Source: the human T2T-CHM13v2.0 reference genome, Homo sapiens
Length of the DNA stretch: 64,000 nt
Reading direction: 5' to 3' (one strand)
NCBI RefSeq assembly: GCF_009914755.1
Contig: NC_060947.1
Part shown: positions 17,836 to 29,760 of the stretch, piece by piece
Layout: each line of letters opens with the position of its first letter
Numbering within the stretch: the stretch's first letter is position 1
Notes under the pieces: generated by a model
Database searches by the model: none
Told to the model about the DNA's origin: nothing
The model's input: only the letters and a program-made list of their open reading frames with translations
Position numbers and translations under genes: made by a program

Positions 17836-18571
17836 CTTCAACTACAGTACGTGTTATCTTCTAGGATAAGGTGCACTTCCATAATAGGGGTGCATTTCTT
17901 GGGTCTCTTCAGCAGAGAGGACAAACTGTAGGTCTTGCTTTGATACCATGTACAAGAGAGGTCAAACAACAGCGAAGCATATCAATACCAACTTCAATTC
18001 AATTTGTTCCTCAACTTTCTCTGCATCTTGTACCTCTAAATCTCTCAACATAAAAACTGGTCTTAGATTATGTTCTGTGTTAAAGCAGGGACCAATTTAT
18101 AACTTCTGTCTGTGCCTTCCTCTTAGAGGATGATTACTGTTTGAGGAGGAATGACACTGCATTTTCATTAGAGATAAGAATTTCAAGCAATGCATTCGAA
18201 TGTGGGTTTAGAGTTGTGGTATCACTTTGTGACTAATTCTCAGGCATGCACTTAGCCTTGGAATATCAATCAGTATGGTGGTGAACTTTAGAGATAAACT
18301 GTCTGTGCAGCCAAATGATACAGAAAACTAAAAATATAGATTTGAAATGATAAAAGAGACACCTTTGTGGGTGCTAGTCAGAGCTTCACATCAAAAGACT
18401 AGAGTTGTTTGTGGTCAAATCAGTAAAAACTGTGGCCTTTAAGTCATTTGAAATGAGTTCTTGCCTAGAGATAGCAGCAAGCTAATTAGCTTCTCCACTG
18501 ATAAACTTAGTTCAGAAAAGAAGACAAGCTTATCCAGGAACACGGAATAGAAAAGAAAAGCTAATCATTTA

Positions 18572-19123
<552 letters not shown>

Positions 19124-19454
19124 CTAGCCAATAAGCATATATGAAAATATACAAAATATCATTATTAATTATTATTCTTTCACAGACACAGAGCAAAGAA
19201 AACCCATGATAATTAAAATTTTAAAAAGGGGCTTTTAACTGGGCATATGCAGGGGCTAGAAGGAAACTTTTGAGGCCTACACCATTGGTTCCCATGAGGA
19301 AACTCTCCACAAGTGTGAAGATGGCTAGTGGGAAAATCCTGGACAGTGGGCACACTGCAGTCTAGGTAGATAACTCTCAATTAGCAGGCATGTTAGAGAG
19401 GCAATCTCTTGGCTAGCCAGCACCCAGGAATGGAAACGCTCACCCTGTGCTAAC

Positions 19455-19930
19455 CAATGTGATTCCTTCACACTGAGATTAAGGAGGCCCATGTAGTCAG
19501 GAGTTTTTCTTGTTTCCAAGAGGATTGATTTGGAACTCACGTATAGCTCAGACTCCACTTCAATGAAGGACTTGTTGCCCCAGCTGCTCAGAATGACCTT
19601 AAAAGCTTCTAGCTGCAGACAGCTGCCTCACTCAGGACCACACTCATTCCCCAGTGGCCCATATCTAATGACTGATTTATGCAGGAATATGAAGACACAG
19701 CCATACCTGCCATATTTGGAACTATTTTGAAGGACCATTCTAGCTTCAGATCTCTGTGTATGGTCTTGTTGGGTATGCATCACAGTTTAAATTCTCCCTT
19801 TACTCAGCCCTGCTTTCTTCCCTTCCCTTCTATAAATGTTGCTGCTAATAATATTTCTTAGTAAACATCTTGACCACAAGGGTCAACTGGGTCTTAAAGC
19901 TGGCTTTCAGAGGAGCCGAATCTACTACAG
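19455..19930 (+). mobile_element. Old ERVL-type solo LTR (LTR16-like)
   Basis: Begins tgtgattcc, contains cccagctgct and cagccctgctttcttcccttcccttc, and ends tttcagaggagccgaatctactaca, resembling LTR16-family ends. Confidence 0.55.
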
Positions 19931-19989
19931 AAATTGCATGAATAAGTAAATATTGATGATAATGGAAGAAATCAAAACATATTAGATGT

Positions 19990-21350
19990 GAGATATTCAT
20001 TAGACATTAAAATGGAGATACTAAGCAGCCGATGGAATACACAGAGATGAGGTGCAGGATTGAGATAGAAATTGGGAAAATCACAGATGTATAGACTCCC
20101 CTCTGCCATCCAGAGACAATGAGGGGCCACTGAGGGACATCCCACCACCACAAGTGCCCAAACAGTAAATGGCCTGAGATTCCCCTCCCACACCCATAGA
20201 CATCATGCAATACCAGCAAGAATGATCCTGCCGCAATGAGCTGCAGACCTGACCCACAGGAGTCATCCCAAAATAACACACACTAGTGCAAGAAGTCATC
20301 TTCATCCCAGTAGGACCAGGGACTCTCTTCCCCCTCCTAGAGATACCAGGTGGCTCAAACTGGAGAATCTCTTTCCATTCCATCAAAGCACCACCAGCAA
20401 CGACCAGTGAGAGCCTCAGTACTCCTAGGTAAAACAAACAGACCAAAAGAGCACCACACAAGCTTTAAAAATCAGATTGCCATTGGAGCTATAGCCCCTT
20501 AAAATAGGCCAGGACCTGCTTACTAAATAAAAGTAGGGCGACTGCCTACTAAAAAAAAAATTGAATAGGATCCAGAGTTTTCTAATATTATAGACAAAAT
20601 GCCCAGGATACCACCAAAGAATCAAGAAAATCACAACTTGAATGAGAAGAAAACAATAAAATGACATCAACGTTATGACGAATCCATTCTTTAAGATGAC
20701 ATGATTGTCTAAGTAGAAAATCTTAAGGAATCTATAAAAACTGACCCTTATCTAACTCAAACTGATAAGTGACTTCAGAGCAATCACAGGCTATAAGATT
20801 AACAGAAAAAAAAATCAAGCACATTTCAACATACTAACAATGAACACATGCAAACTAAAATTAAAAACACAGTATTATTTAAAATCACTCCAAAACTGAA
20901 AATAACCTATATGTACCTCAACAGCTCTATTGCTATACAAGTCGGGTACATCCGCATCATACAATAATACTTAGCAAAATGGAATAAAGTATTGATACAC
21001 ATAACATCCTGCATAAAACTCCATGGAAATCTCAAAATATTATATACTGCATTATTTCATTTATACAATATTCTTGAAATGAAAAAGTTGTAGAAATGGA
21101 GACTAGATTAGCAGTCAAGACCCGAGAAGGGAGTCTGGACAGGAGGAAAGTTACTATGGTTATTAAAGGGCAGCATGATATTTCGTCTTTTGATGTTCAG
21201 CATTTTGACTATAGCAATATCAGTTTCTGGGTTATAATACTATACTACAGTTTTGCAAGATGTTACCATTGGGGAAATCTAAATAAAGTGTATACAGTAT
21301 CTCTCTGTATTATTTCTCATATTTATATGCAAATCTACAATTATATCAAA
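19990..21350 (+). mobile_element. Old L1MC/MD-like fragments (5' region, ORF2 piece, 3' end)
   Basis: aagaatcaagaaaatcacaacttgaatgagaag; agatgacatgattgtctaagtagaaaatcttaagg (RT DD motif); 3' end gatgttaccattggggaaa...atctacaattat. Confidence 0.75.
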
Positions 21351-21399
21351 AAAGGCTGGCTGTTTTATGAGTTAATATTTTGCTAGGATGTCAAACATA

Positions 21400-22490
21400 A
21401 AAGTAAGGAGACCTATTAGGACATTATTGCAGTAAAGCAGATACACCAGAATAGTGGTCAGAACTAAGTTGGTAGTTGCACAGGTGACGAAAAGTATATA
21501 CATTTGTGATATGTTTCAGAGGTAGAACTAACAAGAGTTGCTAATGGAGGGAGGGGGGAAAGAGAAATCAGGAAGACGCTGGGGTTTTTTACTTGAATCC
21601 TCTCGGGGAAGGAGAAGACCATGTTTAAGAAAGAAACCAAGATACATTAGATTTGAGATGTCCATTAGGCAATAAAATTGACATATTAAATGGAGAACTG
21701 AGTATACAATATGGAGCTCAGATAAGAGATATTAGATAGAGATAGAGATTTAGAAACCCACCCGTATATGCAGATGGTAGTTAACACTAGGAACTAGACG
21801 AGATCACTTGGAAAGAGAAGATTGACCGAGCAAAAAAGGAAACAGAACTTGAACTAAGACAGTAATTTGTATAGATATCGGAAAGAAAGGAGTATCTAGT
21901 AAAGAAACACGAAAAAGAGTAGCCAGAGAAACAAGAGTGTGAGGTCTCAAAAGAAAGAGAAACTGCTGCGAGAATGAACTGGTCAATTTTATTAAGTCTG
22001 ATGAGATACAAAGTTAGATGAAAATAGAAAATGATTTGGCATCGGGGAGGTCTTCAAGTTCCGGGTGAACTTGACTAGAGTAACCTCAATGGAGTTGAGA
22101 AAGTGGCTTAAGGAAATAATCAATAAGGAAAGAAGTAGAGACACTAATTTATCTTTTAGTTTGAAGACAGACAAGATGATTGATGGAGGTGGTATGGAGA
22201 TGAGTGTACATGTTTGTTTGTTTGTTTAAAATCTGAGACACCAGAACAAACTTGTATACTAATGAGTAAAGTGAGGCACAAGAAATTGATGATTCAAGAA
22301 AGAGAGAGGAGAGAATTTCAGGACTAACTTCTCTGAAAAAATAAGAGGGCTGGGATCTAACACCCCTGTGGAGAAGTTGGCTCTTTACTTGAAGAACGGC
22401 ATTTCATTCCAAAAGGTACTAACGGAGGCTGGAAAGGAGATTTGGTGACAAAATGATGAAGACATTTCTAGTTGGTACCATCTATTTTCA
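21400..22490 (-). mobile_element. L2 fragment
   Basis: Purine-rich antisense L2 phrases: ggagacctattaggacattattgcagta, agaggtagaactaacaagagttgctaatgg, tttgagatgtccattagg. Confidence 0.75.
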
Positions 22491-22895
22491 GAAACATAGC
22501 AGAAAACAATGTTGGCTTTGGAGTCAGAAACATCTTTGTTAAATCCGAATTCTTTCACTCTCTCTAGCTGTTTACTTGCCTGATCTGTCCCTTAACTTTG
22601 TGACCTTGTCTCCTACCACTCTTCTCTTCCTTGCTCCACTCGAGTCATACTCGCCCACATGGCAAACTCACCAACACACTCCTGCCTCAGATCTTCAGAC
22701 TTTCTGTTACCTTTCATTGGGATGATATTTGAACAGATATATGTATAGCTTGTGTTACGGAAATAAAGGCTATAGACTCATTCAAATTACAACTATTTTT
22801 ACTACTACCACTCTCTTTCTCTCTCTCAAGGAAAGAGAGCAGGAACACAGACTATAGGCAGACAAGACAACTCCACACCTTCAGCATTTTAGTAC

Positions 22896-23255
22896 TGTAT
22901 TAGCCTGTTCTCATGCTACTAATAAAGACAGACCCGTGACTGAGTAATTTATAAAGGAAAGAGATTTAATGGCCTCACAGTTCCACATAGCTGGGGAGGC
23001 TTCACAATCATTGCAGAAGACGAAGGAAGAACATAGGGATGTCTTACATGGCAGCAGGCAAGGGAGCGTGTGCAGGGGAACTGCCCTTTATAAAACCATC
23101 AGATCTCGTGAGACTTTTCACTATCACGAGAACAGCACAGGAAAGACCCACCCCCACGATTCAATTACCTCCCACCATGTCCCTCCCATGACAGATGGGA
23201 ATTATGGGAGCTAAAATTCAAGATGAGATTTGGGTGGGGACAGTTAACCATATCA
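22896..23255 (-). mobile_element. THE1 (B/C-like) solo LTR
   Basis: tgtattagcc...accatatca termini. Exact 5-bp TSD agtac at 22891-22895 and 23256-23260. Confidence 0.95.
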
Positions 23256-23705
23256 AGTACATTGAAGTTACAAATATATAACAAAATGAAGAAGAAATAT
23301 GAAGAACTAGCCTAGTAACTTGAGTAAGTTCTTAGAGGTTTCTCTCTGAAAATTTTATTTTTCTGCAGTTAGGGGTCTTTTATTCCAATAACTGTTTTTG
23401 TCTCTTTCTTGTGATACAAGGATACCTTGCTACAAAGAGGAACTTTGGGCAGTACTATCTTATGGTACTGAGGAGGATTTGAGGCTATAGATACTTCTGG
23501 CAGTGTCATGGTGAGGGGAGGCTTTATCACTCCCTCTCTCACCTAATTCAGGTTTCTGCAAAAACGCCACTTTATCACAGGTCTTCCCTGAACACCCTTA
23601 CAAAAGCAGCACTCTTGTTCTCTATCCCTATCCTATAGATAGGGTATATCTCTATCCCTATCCTATAAGGTAGGGTATATCTTATTTTTTTTTTTCCTAG
23701 CACCT

Positions 23706-23977
<272 letters not shown>

Positions 23978-23999
23978 TAACACTTTTTAAAATTTCTTA

Positions 24000-24360
24000 T
24001 CACTAATCATCACTACAAATATTTCATGTTGTCTGCATTCCTCTGTTTCACATAAACTCCATGAAGGATGATATATTCTTTTGTTCATTGATGTTTCCCC
24101 AGCAACCAGAGCAATGCCTAGCATATACTCCACGCTGAATATATACATGGTGAATGAATGCATGTATAAGTGAATGAAGGAATCTTCTCTCAGCCTCAGT
24201 TTTCTCTTTCATAAAATAAGGTTAATAATCTCTATCTCCATGAGATTTCCATAAGATTCCATTAGAAACTAAACAAAACAACATATGTAAAAAGCCCACT
24301 ACTATATCAGGCACACAAAGACACCCCCCAAAGATAATGGTAGCATTAGTTATTATTTTA
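24000..24360 (+). mobile_element. L2 3' end followed by MIR
   Basis: L2 terminus ttttgttcattgatgtttccccagca...gaatgaatg, then MIR core ctcagcctcagttttctctttcataaaataagg. Confidence 0.75.
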
Positions 24361-24529
24361 TTTTTCTAAATACAATTAATTTACATCTACAAATACAAAC
24401 ACCATGGGGAAAACCTCAATGAAAGCATATCAATAAGACAAATAAGAATTGGTCCACAGTTCCCACAATAGACACCATTTTGGCTCACTAATTGTATTAT
24501 CCATATAAGCCTCTTAACCTTTGGGTCAA

Positions 24530-27500
24530 ATTAGTTAATACTAATAAATATTAAAGATACTTAAATACTTAACTGGATACTAGTTAATACTAGTTAACAG
24601 TTATATTGCTAGTTCATAGCAGGCTATTAGGTAACTAATGGTTGGATAACTAATTGCTAGTTAATAGCCAGATAACTATGAAAAAGCTAGCTAATAGCTA
24701 GAAAACCAGTTAATATAGTTAGTATCTAGTTAATAGCTAGTTAGGTTAGAAGATAATTGCCAGTTAATAGCTAGATAATATACAGATAACAGATAATCAC
24801 AAATAACTAATTAGCTAACTGCTAGATAACTGGTTACTAGTTAATTATTTTAGTTCAATTAAAAGCTAGCCAGCTAGTTAGTAACTAGTTAATAGCTAGG
24901 TAATATTGGTTAGTAGGTAATTGGTAATTAATACACAGTTTAAAGATAGTTAATTGCAGGATAACTTCTTACTAGCTACTTAATTGCTAAATGGCTGGTT
25001 ACTAGCCACATAATTTTTAGATAAAGTTAATAGCTAAAAAGCTAGTTAACAACTGGTTAATAGCTAGTTATGTAGTTAATAGTGGATTAATACCTAGATA
25101 ATTAGAGAAGGGCTATGTAATATTTAGATAACTGGATACTATTTAATACAAGTCAACAGCTAAATTGCTAGTTCATAGCAGGGTATCAGCTAGCTAATGG
25201 CTGCATAAATAATTGCTAGTTAATAACCAAATAAGTATATAATAGCTAGTTAAGAGCTAGAAAACCAGTTATTGCATGGTTAGTAGCTAGTTACTTGTTA
25301 ATTGCTAAGTGTCTAGTTACTTGCTAGAAAACTAGTTAAGGTCCAGTAAATAGCTAGACAGCTAGTTAATAACTAGTTAATAGCTAGTTATTAATAGATA
25401 ATTGCTAGTTAATAGCCATCTAATAGTAGATAAATGCTAGTTAATATGACATAATTGCTAGTTAATGTATGGTTAACAGCTAGCTATTAGCTAGATAAGA
25501 AGTTACTAGCTAGTTAATTGCTAGATGACTGGTTACCACCTAGATAACTATTTTAGTTCGAGTTAATAGCTAGACAACTAGGTAATAGTGAATTAGCAAG
25601 ATAATTTATGGATAGTTAATATTTACTTAACTGAATACTAGATAATAAGTAGTTACTGGCTATATTGATAGTTCATAACAGGCTATTAGCTAGCTAATGC
25701 ATGAATAACTAATTGCTAATTAATGGCCAGATAACTGTATAATAGCTTAATATCTGGAAAATCAGTTTACAGTAGCTAATACTAGATAATTGCTAGTTAA
25801 TAGCTGGCTAATATATAGTTAATAGCTAGAAAAGTAGTTACCAGCTAGATAAGTAGTTAAGATCTAGTTAATAGCTGGAAAGCTAGTTAATAGCTAGTTA
25901 ATGGCTAGATTATCAGTTAAGTTACAGATAATAGCTGTAAAGCTAGTTGCTAACCAGTTAATAGCCAGTTAACAGCTGGTTAATTGCCAGATTGTTAGTT
26001 AAAATCTAGTTAACAGCTGGATGACTAGTTAATAGCTAGTTAGTAGCTAGTTAATTGTGAGATCGCTATTTAAGATCTAGTCAATAGCTGAATAGCTAGT
26101 TAATAGCTAATTAATAGTAGAAAATGGCTAGTTTATAGCCTGTTAATAGTTGGTAATTACTAGTTAATAGCTAGTTAATACATAGGTAACAAGTATTTAA
26201 TTGCTAGATAACTAGATACTTGCTAGTTAATTGCTAGATGACTTGTAACTAGCTAACCACTCAAGTTCTACTTAACAGCTGGACATCTAGTTAAGTAGTT
26301 AATGGTTAATTATCTGATTTCTAGATGACTAGTTAAAATCTAGATAACAGCTAGTTACACAGTTAACAGCTAATACATAGTTAACAGCTAATACATAGTT
26401 AACAGCTACTTAATTGCCAGATAACTAGGTACTGGCTACCTAATTGCTAGATGAGTGGTTTCTAGCTAGAAAACTAGTTAATATCTAGTTAATAGCTGGA
26501 CAGCTAGTTTAATAGCGAGTTAATATTTGGTTAGTAGATAAGTTCTAGTTAATAGTTAACAGCTAGTTAATATATAGTTAATAGCTATTAAATATACAGT
26601 TCATATGACGTTACCTAGTTAATGCCTGGATAATTGCTAGGTAACGGCCATATAGCCAGTTAATCTAGCTAGGTAATTGCTAGATAATCACTAGATGTTA
26701 GCTAGTTAATGTCCAGATGATTTGTTAAGATCTAGTTAATAGCTGGACAGCTAGTTAAAAACTAATTACTAGCTAGTTAACTTTTAGATGACCAGTTAAA
26801 ATGCAATAAATAGTTGGACAGCTAGTTAAAAACTAATTACTAGCTAGTTAACTTTTAGATGACCAGTTAAAATGCAATAAATAGTTGGACAGCTAGTTAA
26901 TAACTAGTTAATAGCTAGTTATAATAGATACTTGATACTTAATAGTAGATAATTGCCAGTTGATAGTTAATAGCAGATAATTGCTAGTTTATAGCTACTT
27001 AATAGTAGATAATTGCTAGTTAATAGCTAGTTAATATATAGTTAACAGCTAGTTAATTGCTAGATGGCTGGTTACTAGCTAGATAACTATTTTAGTTCGA
27101 GTTAATAGCTAGATAGCTACTTAACAGTGGAATAATAACTGGATTAGTGAATAGCTAGTAATGTATATCAGCCAATTAATACCTAAATTACCAGCTAGTT
27201 AATTGCTAGATGGCTGTTTACAAGCTAGATAACTATTTTAGTTCAAGTTAATAGCTAGACAGCTGCTTAATAGTGGAATAATAACTGGATTAGTGAATAG
27301 CTAGTTAATAGTTAACCAGATAGTAGTTAATAACTGCTTATCAGCTATATTGCTAGTTCACAGCAGGCTATTAGCTAGCTAATGCCTGGATAAATAATTT
27401 CTAGGTAACAGCCAGATAACTGTATAATAGCTAATTAATAGCTATAAAAACAAGTTCATAATTAGTAGCTAGTTAATAGCTAATAGTAGATAATTGCTAG

Positions 27501-29490
27501 TAAATAGCTTAATTTATGATTAATATCCACTTGACAGGTTACTAGCTAGATAAGGAGTTAAGATCTAGTTAGTAGCTGGAGAGCTGGTTAATAACTTATT
27601 AATAGCTAGTAATTTGCTAGTTTACATTTAGTAGCTGGACAGCTATTTAATACATAGTTAACAACTACTTAATTGCTAGATAACTAGGTACTGGGTACCT
27701 AATTGCTAGATGAGTGGTTTCTATCTAGATAACTAGTTAAGATCTAGTTAATAGCTGTACACCTATTTTAACAGTTCAATAGCTTAATAGTTTAATAGCT
27801 AGTTAATATTTGGTTAGTAAATAAGTTGTATTTAATATATAGTTAATAAATTATACAAGTAGTTAACAGCAAGTTAATATATTAATAGCTATTTAATAAA
27901 TTAGTAATTCGCTAGTTAACTGCAAAGATTGTTACTAGCTAATTAGTTAAGATTAAGAGCTGGACAGCTAATACCTACTTAGTAGCTAATTGCCACATGA
28001 CTAGTTAAGGTCCAGTTAATAGCTGGAGAGCTAGTTAATAACAAGTTAATAGCCAGATAGTAGCTAATTACTAGAATGTTACTTAAGATCTAGTTAATAG
28101 CTGGACGGCTAGTTGATAACCAGTTAATAGCTAGCAAGTGGCTAGTTAATTGCTAGATTGTTAGTTAAGATATACTTAATAGACAGAGGGCTAGTTAATA
28201 AGTAGTTAATAGCTAGTAAATAATCACTAGTTTATAGCCAGTTAACTAGTTAATACCAAGATAGTAGCTAAATAATTGCTAGATTGTTAGTTAAGATCTA
28301 AATAGCTCGATGGCTAGTTTATAACTAGTTAATATCTAGTTAGTGGATAGTTAATTGCTATATTGTTAGTTAAAATCTAGTTAATAGCCAGATGGCTAGT
28401 TAATATGTAGTTAATAGCCAGTTAGTAGTAGATAATTGCTAGTTTATAGCCAGTTAATTGTTGATAATTCCTAGTTAATAGATCATATAGTTAACAGCTA
28501 TTTAATTGCTAGATAACTAGTTACTTGCTAGTTAATTGCGATAGCCAATGGTTGATAATTACTAGTTAATAGCTAGAACATAGATTTAACAGCATTTAAT
28601 TGCTAGATAACTAGTTACTCGCTACTTAATTGTGAGATGACTAGATGACTGGTCAAGTTACATTTAATAGCTGGACACCTAGTTAATAACAAGTTAATGT
28701 TAGTTATTAGCTAATTTCCAGATGACTTAAGATCTAGATAATAGCTGGACAGCTAGATAACGAGTTAATAGCTAGTTAATAGCAGATAATTGCTAGTTAA
28801 CAGCTAGTTAATATATAGTTAACAGCCAGTTAATAGGTAGTTAATAGTATATAATTGCCATTTAATAGCTAAATTATGGTTAATAGCTAGATGACCAGTT
28901 ACTAGCTAAATAAGTATTTAAGGTCTAGTTACTATCTGGACAGCTAATTAGTTAAAAGCTAGTTAATTGCTAGATTACTAGTTAAGTTCTAGTTAATAGC
29001 TGGACATCTAGTTAATGACTAGTTAACAGCTAGTTATTTGCTAAATTGTTAGTTAAATCCAGTTAATACCTGGACAGCTATTTGATAACTAGTTAATAGC
29101 TAGTTAATAGCAGATAATTGCTAGTTAATAGATTTTTGCTAGCTTATATTAATTGCTAGTTTATAGCTCAGATAATTGCTAGTTAATAGATTTTTGCTAG
29201 CTTATATTAGATAATTGCTAGTTTATAGCTAGTTAATAGTAGATAATTGCTAGTTAATAGCTAGTTAATAGTAGATAATTGCTTGTTAATAGCTAGTTAA
29301 TACCTAGTTTACAGCTACTTAATTGCTAGATGACTACTGGCTAATTGCTAGGTGACTGGTTACTAACTAGTTAAGATCTAGTTAATAGCTGGAGAGCTAG
29401 TTAATAGCTAGTTCATATTTGGTTAGTAGGCAATTACCATTTAATAGGTAGTTAATAGGTAGCTAGTTACCTAGCTAATATCTAGTCATC
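24530..29490. repeat. ~5 kb degenerate tandem array of an 11-bp unit (TAGCTAGTTAA) with higher-order duplications
   Basis: Continuous variants of agctagttaat, ctagataact, gataattgctag and gctggacagctag. No ORF of 60 aa or more in any frame across the interval. Confidence 0.97.
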
Positions 29491-29542
29491 TCTTCCTGCT
29501 GCAAGAGTCTGATGTCTTACCACATTTAGAAAAGTATCTACA

Positions 29543-29760
29543 ATAAGAACACATGGACACAAAGAGGGGAAAATGTACACTGGGTGTTATCACATGGTGG
29601 AGAGTGGTAGGAGGGTGGGGATTAGGAAAAATAACTGATCAGTACTAGGCTTAATACTTGGGTGATTAAATAATCTGTAAAACAAATCTTCATGACACAC
29701 ATTTACCTATGTAACAAACCTGCACATGTAACCATGAACTTAAAAGTTATTAAAAGAAAA
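29543..29760 (+). mobile_element. 5'-truncated L1PA (about PA13-16) 3' end
   Basis: agaacacatggacacaaagagggga...tttacctatgtaacaaacctgcacatgta...aacttaaaag plus A tail. Confidence 0.9.

Noticed and set aside
24530-29490. CRISPR-like array or repeat-protein gene
   Set aside because: There is no constant repeat with unique spacers and no cas genes, the context is eukaryotic, and stop codons saturate all six frames.
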